Shown here: positions 1-14,099 of the stretch, piece after piece
Numbering within the stretch: the stretch's first letter is position 1
Layout of the letters: each line of letters starts with the position of its first letter
Translations under genes and position numbers: made by a program
Notes under the pieces: model-generated
What the model saw: the letters and a program-made list of their open reading frames with translations, nothing else
What the model was told of the DNA's origin: nothing
The model's database searches: none
Origin: Vicugna vicugna
Taxonomy: Eukaryota
Direction of reading: 5' to 3'
DNA length: 64,000 nucleotides
NCBI GenBank assembly: GCA_013265495.1
Contig: MU058687.1
Coordinates: forward strand, 248,001-312,000

Positions 1-1930
1 CACCAAGGTCAGGAGGAGACGGTGACGAAATGTTTGGAAACCCATCGGGCCTGCCAGGAAAGTATGTGTGTGATGTTGGGGAAGACACAAGTCGCTTTCT
101 TCCACAAAGAAAACTCTGGTTTTGGATACGGTAAAGCATGCACAATCCTCTCCCAGACGCTTTTATTAAGTCTCCCCAACTTTTACTTTCTGGCTCATCA
201 GCATCCTAGTGGTGTGAAAGTTGTTGAGAAACTAGTCCCAGCCCGCATAAAAGACCCATATCTCAATTACTTAGGTGATACAAAGCTCTTGGGTTTAGTT
301 CTAGCAACTGAGGCCAGAATTGGGCAGCTTTTCACTGCATGCCTACATTTCCCCTACCTTCCCTACTATCCCCACGCCTCCTCACTTCTTCAGAAGATGA
401 GAAACATTTCTGCTACTCAAGAGGTCCTCGCTGCCCCCCACCTTCAATGAGGCTCCAGAGGCAGGAGAAAGTCCAGAGGAGGGAGCCCTTTTTTCCTGGT
501 TCCTTTCATTTGTTTTTGTTTTTTGTTCTTCCCAAGGAGATGGGTCAAAAGGAGGTTTTCCTTGGAAGGAAAACCATGAAAGAACACACTGTGTCCTGGC
601 ACCTGCTTTTTCCCTGTGGCCAGTCCTGAGAAGCAGGTGCATCCCTTGCTTCCTCAGGGGAAGGGGAGGGCAGCAGAATATGATTCTCACAGCCCCTCTG
701 AGCCTGCAGGGCAAGGAGCTACCCCACAGCACCCCTCCTGCAGCCCCCAGTGAATGACAAAGACAACACTGATACCTTCTGCCTTGAAATCTTCAAAAAC
801 CCACACTTGCTTCTACGGGGCATGACCTTCCTGTCCTCTTCCACCCCTTTGCTGGTGGGAGCACCTAGCTACATCTGGAGCTCACACCTCACCCAGGAGG
901 AAAAGGGTTTATTTGCACCTTGGTGTGACAGATATGTCACAGTAATGACAACTTAGTCTTATCTGCAAAAGAAAGATAATTATGCCAGGGGACTGGATCA
1001 GATGACCTCTGAAAATTCCTTCCAGTTTCAAATCCATGATTCTGTAATGATAAAAAATGAATGGAAGAGCCAGGGAAACCACCTCCAACAAAGAAAAGCT
1101 CAGGCTCTCAGATTTAGCATCTGCTCTGACAGTATTGTTCCTGAAAATTCTCAAAGGATGTCCCCACACACAGCCTACTTAACAACCCTGTGTGTGAGAG
1201 AATTTCATCCCACTCATATTAAGGTTCAGAGAGGTTGAGTGATTTGCACAAGATCACAAGGCAACCTAGTGGTTCATCACCTCTCTGTTCCTCTTCCCAT
1301 CTCCCCCAGGAAAGACAGTCAGCAGTTGAGGGACTGGGGTACTCAGGCATGCAGACCCCTGAGTAGAGGCTAGACTCTCAGGATTCCTGGCAGGGGCTTA
1401 GTCTAAAGCCTTTTTGTTTCTTCCATTTGTCTGAGTTTTTTTCCTTCTCTCTGACACCTCATCAAAGTGAGGAAAGCAAAAGCAAAGCCACTTGGTCCCC
1501 CGTGCACTGCTGCCAGGTTTCTCTGCAGACCTGCAGCCATACTGACCTCCAGCTAGGGTCTGGCCCCCAAAGCGAGGCCCGGAGAGCCAGTGCAGACCAG
1601 CCCAGGGATGTTCCCCACCAAGCAGAAACCCGCCTGGGGTGCACATTCCTAGAAGAGCCTGCCACCATGGAGCCAGGGCCCAGCCTCCAGGGAACAAGTG
1701 GGAGTCACTCCAAAGGGCACTCCTCAGCCTTTTGCCGCCAGGACTTCCTCCCTGTCCCACGCTGGGCTGCTGGGCCTGGCCCAGGAAGTCGCACAGGGAG
1801 TAGAGGTAGGTGGCAGGATGCATGAGAAATAGAGTCGGTGACCTGAAACAGCCCTGCTCATCTTGGAGCAGCTCATGCCTTCACCCCAACTAAAATTCCA
1901 AATTCAGGCCACCTCAGAGAGGGAGAAGGA

Positions 1931-1933
1931 GTG

Positions 1934-1965
<32 letters not shown>
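1931..1965. repeat. (GT)n microsatellite, one interruption
   Basis: Directly visible. Confidence 0.95.
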
Positions 1966-1966
<1 letters not shown>

Positions 1967-4189
1967 AGAGAAGGAGGGCTCAAGACTGTCCCAGATGGCC
2001 CCTGCCTGGCAGGAGAAGTCTCCCTCCCAGAGGTAGGCAGATGAGGATGTGTAAAGAAAGCTGCAGCTCTTCCGGGAAAGCCCTGGAGGTCAGTTTTGCT
2101 GCAGATATGACAGTGCAGAATCACTGACATGTGAAGTGAAAGTTTTGGTTTTAGAAGCCCCAGCCCTTTCTACAGGCCTCTGGGGCAGCTAAGAAGGGTG
2201 CCCTTTGGGAAAGAAAAAAAGAAGTGTTCCAGGACCTCACCCATACAGTGGGCTTTTCTCCATCATCCAAACTTCTTTGTCAACTGCAGGAAAGAGAGGA
2301 GGACAGAACTCCAGTTCCTAGGGAGTGCATCTGCTGAGAAACACCCCGGGAAGCAAGGCACCCTAGACAGGATTCCAAACTCTGGGTCCCATGATGGCAG
2401 GATATGGCATCACAGAGGCTTCCTGGAACCACATCGGCTCTCTGGACTCCACTCAGAGTGATCCCCACTACCCTGAGTGTCATCACCAATTTCCACTTCT
2501 GGGACAACCTAAGACCAGTAAGCAGCTTCCTCAAGGGTGAGTTTTGCGTTATGTGAATTACATCCCAATGAAGCTGTTATTAAGAGAAAAAAAAAACTTC
2601 CAAGGAAGGCAGGTTCTCACTACCCACCCACCTGCCTACATTAACTTTCTGCTTCTATCATTCACAACATAAAAGAGTTTTCCTTACCCTAACCCCCATG
2701 TCTGCTTTCCTGTCCTTTTTCCATTGTCCTTTCTCTGTCAGGACTTTCCACTTTTCATCGAGGTCAGGACACATGGTGCATTTAAGTGAATAACTAACCT
2801 TTGCAGGAATGGAGGGAACTGGGGGTACAAATACATTTGAGGAAATCACAAGTCCACAATGCTGGGTTCCTTATGTCCATTATGTTCCTTGTGTCCCTGT
2901 TGTCATTTCCCTTTCCAGAATAAAGGTATTACCTCTAGGACCTCATTACCTACAGTTACAACAGAAGAAAGAGAAGGTTGCAGAAAGAACAGGCAACCAG
3001 GACCGACTTTAGGTCCTGCCTAACTAACCCATCACCGTGTGATCTTAGGAAAGTTGACACTTAAGGCCCTAAGAGATGTACTATATTTACTACACAAAAA
3101 AATAAAAGAATGTCTACCTTCTAGGGACTTTGGGGAATCCCAAGGACAAAAAACTGCGTTATAAATGTACCATGCTATGTACCGTAAGAGTTTACAATTT
3201 TTTTTAAACTGCTTTATCCTATAACCCTGTCTCCCAAAACTAGCTTCTCCCTTTCAAGAACCTAGTCGAGGCAAGATTCTTTATCCTCTGAAAAGACCCC
3301 AGGTCCACCCCATCAGCTTCAGGGTGATCCTCTGCTGGGCTCTGCCCAGAGACTCTTTCCAACACTGGCTCAGTGCCCTACCCAGGTGTCTCTCCAAACT
3401 TCTGTCCCAGTCCCCACTCTTTGTGTCTTTCCTACCAAGCTTGTCCACAGTGCACCCATCCAGCCTGAATAGGGACACTCCTTTGATGCCTGTGTCTTCT
3501 CTTCACCCCTTTTTGCCATGTCCTTCCCCAGCCATTAAGTTAAGCCACCATGTGCTGAGAAATCCCTTCACTGTGTTCTCTTTTACCCTTGAAAACCCAG
3601 GGGACTCTCTGCCTTAGTTCACATTTACTTCACCTGTTCCGGGGCAGGGCCATGCCTGCAACAGCAGCCCACAGCTGTCCACATCCCTTGGCCCTCCCAC
3701 CTACCCCCGCCTCCACCTCCCTCTCTCGCAGGCCTGAGCCAGGTTCTGAGTGTCTTTGTCAGGCCTGAGAGGGAGCTTCTGCAGAGGTCCCCAGTTGCTG
3801 CTGTCACTCTGGGAGAGATGTCTGGCTGGGTACAGGGAGAAGGACAGAACAGGTGTGGCTGTCAGGGAGGGTGGGCCGGCAGGGCCATAGGGACAGGAAC
3901 GTCCTTTCTTTACAGAGCCAGAGCTGCCAGCTTCCCAAAGGCCTTGTTTCAGCACAGTTCTATGCCCCCTGCAGAACCAGTCCCAGACAGATTCCTTCAC
4001 TGGCAGTTCTCTGGAGTTCAGCTTCCCGACCCTTGTGGCTGTGGTGGCTGTGAGCCGGGAGGAATGGGACCTCCGAGACCAGTGTATGCACTGGGCATGC
4101 TTTAAGGTAGTATTTTTAAATGAAAACAAGTAAAAATGATGCATCTTGGACTATAATCCAAAATTCAGATTCATGGCAATGTACAGGTT

Positions 4190-4360
4190 AAGGTCACAGG
4201 CTGAGACCTGAGTCCAAATCTTGGCTCATACTAGAGCCTGATGACCTTAAGCAAGTTACTCAAACACTTGGTTTTCTCATGTGTGAAATGGGGATGATAA
4301 GTAAGCCCTTAAAACATGGTCTGGCATTCATTAAGTCTTTCATATGTGTTGGCTATCATT
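4190..4360 (+). mobile_element. MIR SINE
   Basis: TGACCTTAAGCAAGTTACTC...CTCATGTGTGAAATGGGGATGATAA. Confidence 0.75.
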
Positions 4361-4724
4361 TTTTTCTCATCTCCTAACTGAACTTCTAGTCTTGCACACT
4401 TATCTCCCACACTCCCGACAGAGTGACCATGTCCCTTTTCAACAGCTGCCATCATCTACTGCAAAAAGCTGAGACTTTTGGCCAGACTGCTAGGCACTTA
4501 TGCTTCTGGAATGATCTGGCTCTGCCCCACTTCCCAGCTTCAGGCCCACACAGCCCAACAACCTGAAGTTCCCCAAGATGCCTGCTTTTCCCCACATGTT
4601 CTTCCTTCCACCACTTTCGCCCACAAGTAAACCCATACCCTGGTCTTGACTTGAGCTTAATGGCTCTTCCGGGAAAATTTCCTTGACTCCTCCAACCGGA
4701 GGACGGCCCCTGGCGCCCTCCCAG

Positions 4725-5128
4725 ATCCCCTGTGTCAGGCTTGTGCACCATCCCCCAGCTACAGTGAGTGCTGGTTGCTAAGGGCTCGCAACTGCCCCTT
4801 TCACAAAGGGAGCCTTTGCTGGGAGAGAACACTGTAGCCAATGATGGACTGCGGAAGGGCGGGGAGGTGGTTGGAGAGGGGAGGATCCAAAAGGCCCACC
4901 CCCTCTACCTCAAGGTAAGATCAGATCTGTTGTGATGCAATTTATGTTCCAGCGCTCCCTGTGGAATCTGGCTGAAGCTCGGTAGCTTCACCTGCAACAC
5001 ATCCTTCCTTGCTTAGCTTTCCCCCCAGTCCAGAACTGCTTCCCTCCCTCCCCTCCTCATGAGAGTACTTCCTAAATCAATCCCAAGGACCCTGAACTGT
5101 CTCAGGCTCTGCCCCTAAGGACCAGAAC
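4725..5128 (+). mobile_element. ERVL LTR (LTR16-like)
   Basis: GCAATTTATGTTCCAGCGCTCCCTGTGG...GGCTGAAGCT...CTGTCTCAGGCTCTGC. Confidence 0.6.
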
Positions 5129-5399
5129 AGCCATTCTCTCTCCTAATTCCCACGGCATCCTCTGTTTATCTTTACTCTATCCCCTAACATTGTTCTACCG
5201 TTGCTTACTGCACCATCTCCCTACTAGGATCAGAGCTTCTGAAGGGCACAGCCTAGTCAGTCACCTTATATCCCTTGCATAAGTGCCTGCACATGGTGGG
5301 CACTTAGGAAATGCTTGTTGATAGATGCATGAGTAAAATATTTGTGAAACCTTGCGGTAAGCAATAAAATGTAACTATTATTGTCACAACTTTTATTAC

Positions 5400-5573
5400 T
5401 GTTCTGTTCCTTCCATTCTAAGATGCACATTTTCTCCCATTTTAGTATCTCCGAAATCAGGATGCATCTTACAATTGATAACATATCATGGTTTAATTAG
5501 CAGCATTTTCTCCTTCATAGTTGTACATAAAATAATGGCCATTTTATAATCATTCGCTTCCTAGGTTCAATGG
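5400..5573. mobile_element. Ancient TcMar-like non-autonomous DNA transposon fragment
   Basis: TAAGATGCACATTTT...CTCCGAAATCAGGATGCATCTTACAAT. Confidence 0.45.
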
Positions 5574-5618
5574 TATTATTATTATTATTAATTATTACTA
5601 CTACTACTACTGCTACTG
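5574..5618. repeat. Compound (TAT)n-(TAC)n microsatellite
   Basis: Directly visible. Confidence 0.9.
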
Positions 5619-5899
5619 AGACTCGATCTCCTGGGTTCTGAGGATTGCAGGGCAAAGTCCATGGAGCTAAGTCCCTGTTACCTGAGCTCAGTAGCTCTCA
5701 GGCAAGCTCTCATAAAGTGACCTGCAGTTCTCCAAGGATCAGAAAGACCCCTGTCTCCAGACACCCCTGGAAACTCCCACGAAAGCAGACCAGTGTGATG
5801 TGGAACGTACTCTGGACTGGGAGTCAGGAGAGCAAAGTTCTAAGCCTGGTTTTTCTTCTAATTTTCTGGATGACCCCACACAGAACCTATCAACACACT

Positions 5900-6060
5900 T
5901 ATTGAACACTTACTAAATGTTTGACGTGATGTGAGCCTAATGAACCCACCCAGCACCCTGAGAGGAAGCCATTATCCCCATTTTATAGATAAGGAAGCTG
6001 AGGCTCAAAAAGGTTAAATAGCTCTTCCAAGGTCAGACAGATGGAATTTGACCGCTGGTT
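5900..6060 (-). mobile_element. MIR SINE
   Basis: ATTATCCCCATTTTATAGATAAGGAAGCTGAGGCTCA. Confidence 0.8.
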
Positions 6061-6135
6061 TTTTGAGTCTTTCTCTCTGATATATGAGGATACCTCTCTG
6101 GGCCTGGGTTTTCCCAGTAAGGAAATCAAAAAATG

Positions 6136-6560
6136 AGAGGTCACAGATTGGAGGCTTACAAGCCATTCTCATTCCCAGATATATTGTATTTGACCCATAT
6201 AATATGTTTTACTTTAATTGAATTAAAGTTATTGTCAACATTTATTTAAACCAGAAGATTTAAGCTAAAAATCAGGATTTTTGGTTTGTCATGAAAAAAA
6301 CTGGAACACTGGCCCCACTGAGCCCTCCTTCTTGGAGGTGGTGCCAAGTAGCGGCTCAAGGGGAGTAGCATTATGAGAGGAACAGCGCTGCAATAGGAGT
6401 AGCACGTGATTCCACCCCTTCCTGGGCCGCGGGTCACTATTGTTTATCATCTCACTGGTGCTGTTTTCTTGCACCCAGCCAGTCTCTGTTAGTGATATCC
6501 CCCCAACCGCCCCAGCCCCCGTCTCCTGTTCCCTATGGGCCTTGGAGTGGGTGATCCTTA
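6136..6560 (+). mobile_element. MER102-like hAT-Charlie element
   Basis: TGTCAACATTT...AGATTT...TAAAAATCAGGATTT...GAAAAAACTGGAACACTGGC. Confidence 0.55.
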
Positions 6561-7906
6561 GACCAGATGAACTCTAGTGCCCTCTCCAGCCCTCACAGCC
6601 TGTGGCTCCTCCCAGAATCTCCCAGGTCGCCTCCCTCCAAGGAGGTCACTTTATGGACCTATTTCAGAACCACTCAGACAAGCCCCTGCCTTGCACCTAC
6701 CTCCCCTCAGTCCCCATCACAGGGCCCCCATTGTCTGTCCCTCCTAATCCCTTCCATTCCCATCCCCACCCACAGCCAGTCCAGGGCTGCCGGCGGTGAG
6801 GGAGTGGCTGAGGTGGTAAACCAGTGGGGTGTGGAGGTGAGTTAGCCCAGGTCGAGGGGCGGGGCCCCACCCAAGGAGGCAGGGAGAGAGGAAGGCAGGA
6901 CTTTGTATTTCTCAACAGGAAAGTGGTTCAAGGAGATAAATGTAAGTGGGAGGCTCCGCAGTCACAGAAGATGAGTATGGTTTAACACATAAGGAAACAC
7001 AAACAGTAAATCATCGGGATGAAAAATGTACAGTATCAGCAGCAATTTAGGATATGCAAATTAGAACACCATTAAGGACCCATTATGGCCAGAGTCAACA
7101 TGAAAAAGTAAATAAATTAAACAAGAAAGCTGCTGTTGGCAAGGTCATCAGGAAAAAACTGCACATACATTGCTGTGCCACTATAAACTTCAAATCCTTC
7201 TAGAATGTGATTTGACATTATGTTGTAAGAGTTTAAGACCTTATGGTCAGGGAACCAGATTCCACGAAAACAATTTAAAATACCACCACAAAGGAGTTTT
7301 TATAAAAGACGCTCATAGCACCTGTATATAGACCTCCAAAATGGAACTCCATTCAAATTACAGTAGGGGATGGTAACAGAATGAAATATGAAAGGCTTGA
7401 CACATGGAAACGTTTGATGAGATCATGTTAGGTGACAAAATCAATACAAAGAAATAGTAGATGCAGACTTTTAAACTATGTTAAAACTTCCACAGGAACA
7501 TCAGCAGCAATCAAAAGAGAATTCTGAACAATGTAAATTGCTAATGTGTAATGTTTATTCTGTTAAGTTCATCAAGATGGTTTAAATAATGATGATGATG
7601 ATGGTACTATAAAGGTCACTGAACAGGATCTCCTCATCATAAAAATACCCCAGTGTAGGTCCCAGGGTGCATTGTAGACCCAGGCCCCTGGCTCGATGAG
7701 GAAGTTAGAAGGGATGTAAACTGGGAGAGGAGGAGTTATGACTGTGGGCAGGGGGAGGGCCCCAGAGCTTCCCTTATCAGGAAGACTCTGAAAGACACCT
7801 CTCCCCAAAGAAACAAAGTTATACAAATAAACCCACACCACTTAAGCTCCAGCATCCTGGGTGCTAACTCTGACTGCTGCATTTGCGCTCTCAATTTTAC
7901 TAATAC

Positions 7907-8182
7907 CTTATTTCAGCAACTTCGGAGGTGACACCAGAGCTCTTTGTGGGCTAGCCTAGGAACCCAGCCACCATTTATAGCATTGTTTCTATGGAAATAT
8001 GTTTCAAGCTTCAAGAAATTGAGCTGCTGACAACCCGGGGGCATGCACGTGGTCTCTAAATTAGGGAACTGAGACGAGCAGTTATTGCTGGGTCTTGGGC
8101 TCAGGAAGATGGCTTGTTACTTAAATTCCGTGTCAGTTAATACACCAGCAGCAATGATCCCGTTGGAGCTGGCTCTCAGTCA
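7907..8182 (-). other. Candidate internal non-coding exon
   Basis: Minus acceptor CCCATCCCCACCCCCTACAG| at 8183 and donor AAG|GTATTA at 7907; sequence only, no ORF recognised. Confidence 0.2.
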
Positions 8183-11100
8183 CTGTAGGGGGTGGGGATG
8201 GGACCAAGGCATCTAGGAATGAATACGATATTCTAGGGAAGCACAGGAATATTCTCCACCCCTGCCTCCAAACCCACACACAAGTCTGCATGTCGTGAAA
8301 GGCGTGAAACGGGCCTGAGTACCCCTCGTGAGTATCCAGGCAAGCCCAGTGCCTACGCACTCTCCAGTTTCTCTCTGACCCTGGCAAACCTCCAGCCACA
8401 AGGCCCTATTTCAGTCTGATCATAGAACAACAAACTCCAGATCCTTGACAGTTCTGGGATTTGGCTTTAGCGGATATATGCTTGAGACAACCCATCTTTC
8501 CACACATTCTGCTGTGGTGGCTTCTGTGTTTGCAGGCTCCAACCTGCCTGCTTGAGGTCTGCCCAGGGCTCTCCAGCTCCCACCCACCTCAGGACTCCAA
8601 ACAACACAAAGAGCCTCCATTTCCTGCCCTGAACTGTGCTAATCACGGAGAAACAAGATCACGGGTCACCACACGGTCACTCCACACGACAAGAAAGTTC
8701 CCCCGACTACCTGTGGGGAGGTAAACCCAAGGAGGAGTGGTGGGTAAGAAGGCCGTTCACTAGGCGTCCCAAGCACGCCAGAGATTAGAAAAGGTGGTCA
8801 GAGACAGTCAGCTGTTCAGCCACCAGGCCACATCTGCAGCTACAAGTCTCAGCAGAGCTCATGGCAAGATGGGAGGGGTCAGGGAGCCCTGCGGCTAAGC
8901 CAGAGGTAGACTGGATCAATGTGGAGGGCTTTCTGAGGCTGGCAGCTCTAAGTTTCCATACTATAATAAATATATGCAATACTGCAAACACCTGAGAAAT
9001 GAAGTCACTGGGACTCCACCTGGGTCAGGCAGGGCTGCAGGAGGTCAGTTTGCAAAGCACACCCTCCCTGCTGCCTGTGTGAGCTGCAGAAGAGAATCTG
9101 CCTCCTGCTGCAACTGGGCCTGCAGGACCAGGCAGCCTGGAGGTGAGTGGGCGGCTTAGAGGCAGAGCTCCTGGCCACACGTGCTCTCTGAGCTGGTTTC
9201 CTGGAAATCCAGGTGCAAACAATCATCTGGGGCCCTGGGGACACTTGGGGGTCGCCTGCACCAGGCAGAGTCCACACTGGGAGCCCTAAAGTTATACAGT
9301 TAGCCAGCCTATACAGCCAGGCCTCCAGTTGCGAAAAGACTCGGCCAATCTGAACTCTCCAGCTCCTGCAGTGCAGGTGGCTGATAAGGTTCCTTCTTTT
9401 AGGTGGTAACGGATGGGACGCTTAGAGTCTCCTCATCCAGATACAAAGACGCTGCTACATTAAGGTGTTTTTTAAAGAAAGTTATATACACTATGTATAT
9501 ATTACTAAAGCAATTTCAAATACACAAATACTCCATTCATAACCATTTCACCTAAATCCTGTATTTACCTTATGCCAACTTATACTAGAGCCATTGTAAT
9601 CAGTTTTGATGCCCTCACCAAGTACACGTGCAATTTTGCCGGCTAAAACAGAAGCCACTTTTTCACCAAAATTCTTCAACATTTTCCCATGAATTAATAC
9701 CATCCTCATATTAATTTAACAGTGGCACAACATTCCACTGAGTCTAGGTGTCACATATTATAAAGCCATGTGGGAAACTCAGGTTATTTTCAGTGTTTTG
9801 CTGCTTTAAACAACGTTGCTATTAATACCTTTGTGCGTATAGCTCTTTTCCTTTCTAGAATTATTTCCTTAGAATAAGTTCTCAAGAGTAATACTAATAT
9901 GTAAAAGGAAATTAACATTTTTATAGCTTCAAGTTCTACATTTTAAAAATATATTGTTCTGTGTGAGGTACCTAGACTATTTTCCAAAGTAGTTTTCCTG
10001 ACAGCACTTCCCAGTCCTACCAGTCAAGGTCTACCCTTTATATCCACTTTTCCCAACTCCCCAATGGGTCGGGTGTGTAGAGCACAAACTCTATGATTGA
10101 GTGGATGTTGGAGGTAGCTCAGTTGATTTGCTGGGGGAGGGATGAGGGAAGGAAGACAGAGGTGTGGGTAGGAAGGTAGAGGACTGAGATGGACAGGAGG
10201 AGGGAGCAGGCCCCATGGAGGCAGAAAGAAAGGCAGATCCCAAAACAGATCCCTCCCAAAACAAGCCAGCACCTCCCCAGGACATCAGACCCACCCCACC
10301 AACCAGGCTTCCTCTGAGCTGATCCTCCTGGGGCCAAGAACAAAGACACACTTCAATGGGTTCCTAAAGGAGATTTTAGAAATACCACGTGCTTCTAGGT
10401 TCTGAAACATATTTTACAAACAGCAGAAGCCATGCACTCACCAATAGTCAAGTAAGCCCCTGCACATGTGGGCTCAGCCATCAGGGTGGCTCGACTTTGA
10501 GAAGGCAAATCTCTTAAGAAAGAAAGTCCACCTCATCAGCTGTGGTGGGAAAGGTGCTTCTGTATGGCGCCCTCTCTCTAAATGGCATGCAGACCCTGGA
10601 TGACTGACTATTTCACACCAGGAGCATCCTTGAGAGGTAACCCAGGTCCCACTGTGAGGCACCATAAAGACACAGCCTGCTAGGCTCTGTTCACAGGCTC
10701 AGGGAATTTCTGAGTAAGAAAGAACCACATGGAGTCTAAGTCTCTCACTTTATGGACAAACAGAGACCCCGAGTGCCTGCTCTGGGGCTCCCGCGACACC
10801 CTGCAGTCATTGTCAGGGGGTTGCTCCTCGTCCTCCTCCAACAGAGAGAGCCATGGCCTGTCCTGACCGTCACTCAGCTGAACAGGGCTTTCATTTTACA
10901 GAGCCTCAGTGTCTCCTCTCATGGTCTGCCGACTCATTCTTCCTAGTTCTTTCTCTGGGCAAAGCCAGCAGACAGTGCCAGGCATGGACACTCAGGGGTC
11001 CTCCAAGGGCAGCTGGTGTTTGTCCTTCTGTGAGGGTTGGGGCTGGGGGGGAAGGAAGTCTCTGCCACCTTTAAACCAGCTCCTCACCACAGAAACCTCC

Positions 11101-12969
11101 TCAGAGTCCTCCTCAGGGTGAGGGGGATGCAGGCGCTGGGCTTTGTGGCCTGAAATCCCCTTCTCACCCTCACCGGGGTCTCCCTCAGGCTCAGAGAAAC
11201 AGCAAAGCCACCAAGGCAGCGGCTCCACCAGCAGGTGCAAAAGAGAGGCCGTCAACACCCATCCCCTGACCTAGGCCAGGTCCTGGGCCTGCCCACAGCT
11301 CCCTCACATCCCCTCAGGCTGCGCTTCCTGCCCCATCATGGGACACCTACTATGTGCCAGGCACAGTGCTAGGCCAGGGGGAAACGAGGCACACCTGCAG
11401 CTGATGCCAGCGTCCTCATGGGGGGAGCTTGAGTGCAGAAAGACTAAGGTGGCGGTAAGGATGCAGGTGACTCCTGGCTGGTCCTGTGGGCGTCCACCAA
11501 GAAGAAAGGGGCAGGGAGGATGTTTGGGGCAGGAGGACAACAATACACAAGGCACAGAGGCGTTGAAGTGCATTGAGGAGCAGAGAGAACATACAGTGCC
11601 GTGCTAGGGAAGGGGGTAGGGCAGGAGAAGAGGTGGCGAGGTGGGCTCGGGCTGCAACAAGGGCCTGGGGTGCCTTTCTGAGGAATGTGAGGTTTCTCCT
11701 GCAGGGCATGGGCAGTTCTCAGAGGTTTTTAAGGTGCGGGGGTGGGGGGGCACATGATCAAAGCTGTGCTTCAGTAAGAGAACGCAGGTCCTTCAAGACC
11801 TCTTTTGTGCTTCAGTGTTGTTTTTAACATGATTCCATTTCATCTGGACACAAATGGGCAAGTCAGTGTAAACTGTGCTGGAGCCAGCACTGGCTGGGAA
11901 CACTCCTGCTCCATCCCTCCCGGGGGCCACCGTGAGCCCACACTGGTGAGCAAGCCTCAGCCTCAGGAATCACCTCAGTCCAGCCGCCAAGAACTCAGCC
12001 CTTGACACACCAGCTTCATGGAGGCAGCAGTTCCCCAGTTCCAGGCACCAGGGGAACAGACCCTTAAAATGCTGGCAGCCACCACAGCCATGAGCCCAGT
12101 AAGTTCAAAACTGCATTTTCTTTTTAAAGCAAAGAATTTCTTTACCTAAGGTTTTTGGAACTGAATGACCAAAATTTCAGTTGAGGTGCCCTTACTTCAA
12201 AAAGCTGTAGCCAGAGGATCTGAGGTAAGAAGGGAGCCAGCGCTCACTTAACCAACACCCTCTAGTTCTATGGGTGAGGAAACTGGGTAGGGATGTGACT
12301 GGAGGTGCTGCCAGCCCCAGGCAGACGAAGCCCTAGCTCCTTTAGCTCTCTCTCGGCATGATATTGGATAGAACATCTCCACTAGGCTGACATCTTCAAG
12401 ATGCGAAAAGGGCCCAGTCCTGTCACTCTGCACCAGGGACCTCAATCATTCCATAAACCAAGCCTGAAGCCAAAACTCCAACCTTCAGTCAAATGCAAGG
12501 TAGCACCTCCTAAATACTTCATGGCCCTGTGAGTCTTGCCCAGCTCCAGAGGAGAAACAGAATTCAAGTTGTAGCTGCCTGTTAGCCAGAGAGAGCCAAG
12601 CCTTGGCCTCTGTCCTTACAAGGCAGCGCCGAAGTTTTCCAAGTGGAATCAAATGTGCAGGGAGGATCCAGATGCTGGGATGAGCTCTCTTTTCCACTGG
12701 AATCACAGTCCAGAGGACAAATCCAATTGCTAATGAAACACTCAGATCTCCAGAGCACATAAAAATCCCAAAGTTTAGCCGGAGGCTAGAGGATGCAGAA
12801 AGGTGTCCAAAAGGCTTAAAATCAAGATGTGGATATTTTCAGTGGAATAAGGGGGATGCCCCATCTCCTCCACCATGTCCAGTGCTGAGGGCTAGAATGG
12901 GCTCTGGCTTCCATAGTGGACACGTTCACCTGGCATGTGCACCTGTCCCCGGGTTTCAAGCACCTAACA

Positions 12970-13400
12970 CTGTGAGTCCTTGTGGGAGGGAGAGTTCCAC
13001 CTGCCACTGGGGAAGTGATAACTTCCAGAGCCTTGCTCTTCAGGACCCCAGCAGTGAGAACATGGGCATGTGATCTAAGGTGGCCAATCAGATGCTCATC
13101 TTGGCCTCTGCCTCTGGATTGAGTGACACAAATAATTAGAGGAGAGTTCAGAACTCATTCTGGAGGTGGTGGAGCATTCAGGTTAGCTGGCAGCAGTGAT
13201 GCCAAGCCAGTGGCATCAAAACCTTGTCTTTGGTTCCAGCTACCCAACTTCCAACAGGTCCTGACTGATTTCTGAGTGTCATTCTCCAGATTTCCAGGAC
13301 ATTCCATGAATCACCAGATATCCTTCCAATACATTCCTTTTCTCATTAATTTAGCCAAGATCAACTTCTGCTGTTTGCGGACCAAAGATCTGGACTACGC
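12970..13400 (+). mobile_element. Old ERVL LTR (LTR33/41-like)
   Basis: GGGCATGTGATCTAAGGTGGCCAATCAGATGC...TCCTTCCAATACATTCC. Confidence 0.5.
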
Positions 13401-13927
13401 CAGCATGTCCTTCTACCTCGACCTATGACCCCCCCTGAGATAACACCTGCTCAAGCTTCTATCTTTTCCCTCTGTGAAAAGAGTCTAGTTTAAATACTCA
13501 CACATCTGAGAGGATCACAGGCACCTAATAGTCACAAATATGAACAAATGTCATAAATGCTGAATATAACAACCTACCCTTCCCCTCGATGTGACCAGAT
13601 GCCTGATTTGGGGCATTAATATCAGAAATTAAAGGCATTACCAATCCCTTGGACTCTTCCCTATTTCTCCAACAGCTCAGGGATAGGTGGACTTGGAGTC
13701 TAGAAACCTGGATTCTAGAAATTGCACATGTCACACCAACCCTGGGACAGGTGATACCTGCACCACCTATTTCTCAGGGAGGTTGAATGAGAAACAGAGA
13801 AGCCCGCATGGCAAAGCCCCACTAACCTTCTAATTCCTAAGTCAGTCATTCTTTTCAGTCCTTTCTCTTGACATCCCCAGTGATCAATAGTTGATCGATT
13901 TCAACTCAATTTAATAAAGACTAATGT

Positions 13928-14059
13928 GGGAGGAGGGTATAGTTCAAATGGTAGAGTGCATGTTTAGCAAGCACGAGGTCCTGGGTTCAATCCTCAGTAC
14001 CTCCTAAAAAATAAATAAATAACCGAATCACCTTCCCCCCCAAAAAAATTTAAAAAAAA
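13928..14059 (+). mobile_element. Camelid tRNA-derived SINE (Vic-1-like)
   Basis: A-box/B-box head, A-rich tail, TSD aaagactaatg (13916-13926) / aaagactgatg (14060-14070). Confidence 0.9.
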
Positions 14060-14099
14060 AAAGACTGATGGAGAAATTTCCACATGCCATGTGCTGTAC

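Noticed and set aside
22..732. Short ORFs at the window start
   Set aside because: No recognised homology and no convincing splice framing
13928..14005. tRNA-like sequences here and at the other SINE copies
   Set aside because: SINE heads with A-tails and TSDs, not tRNA genes
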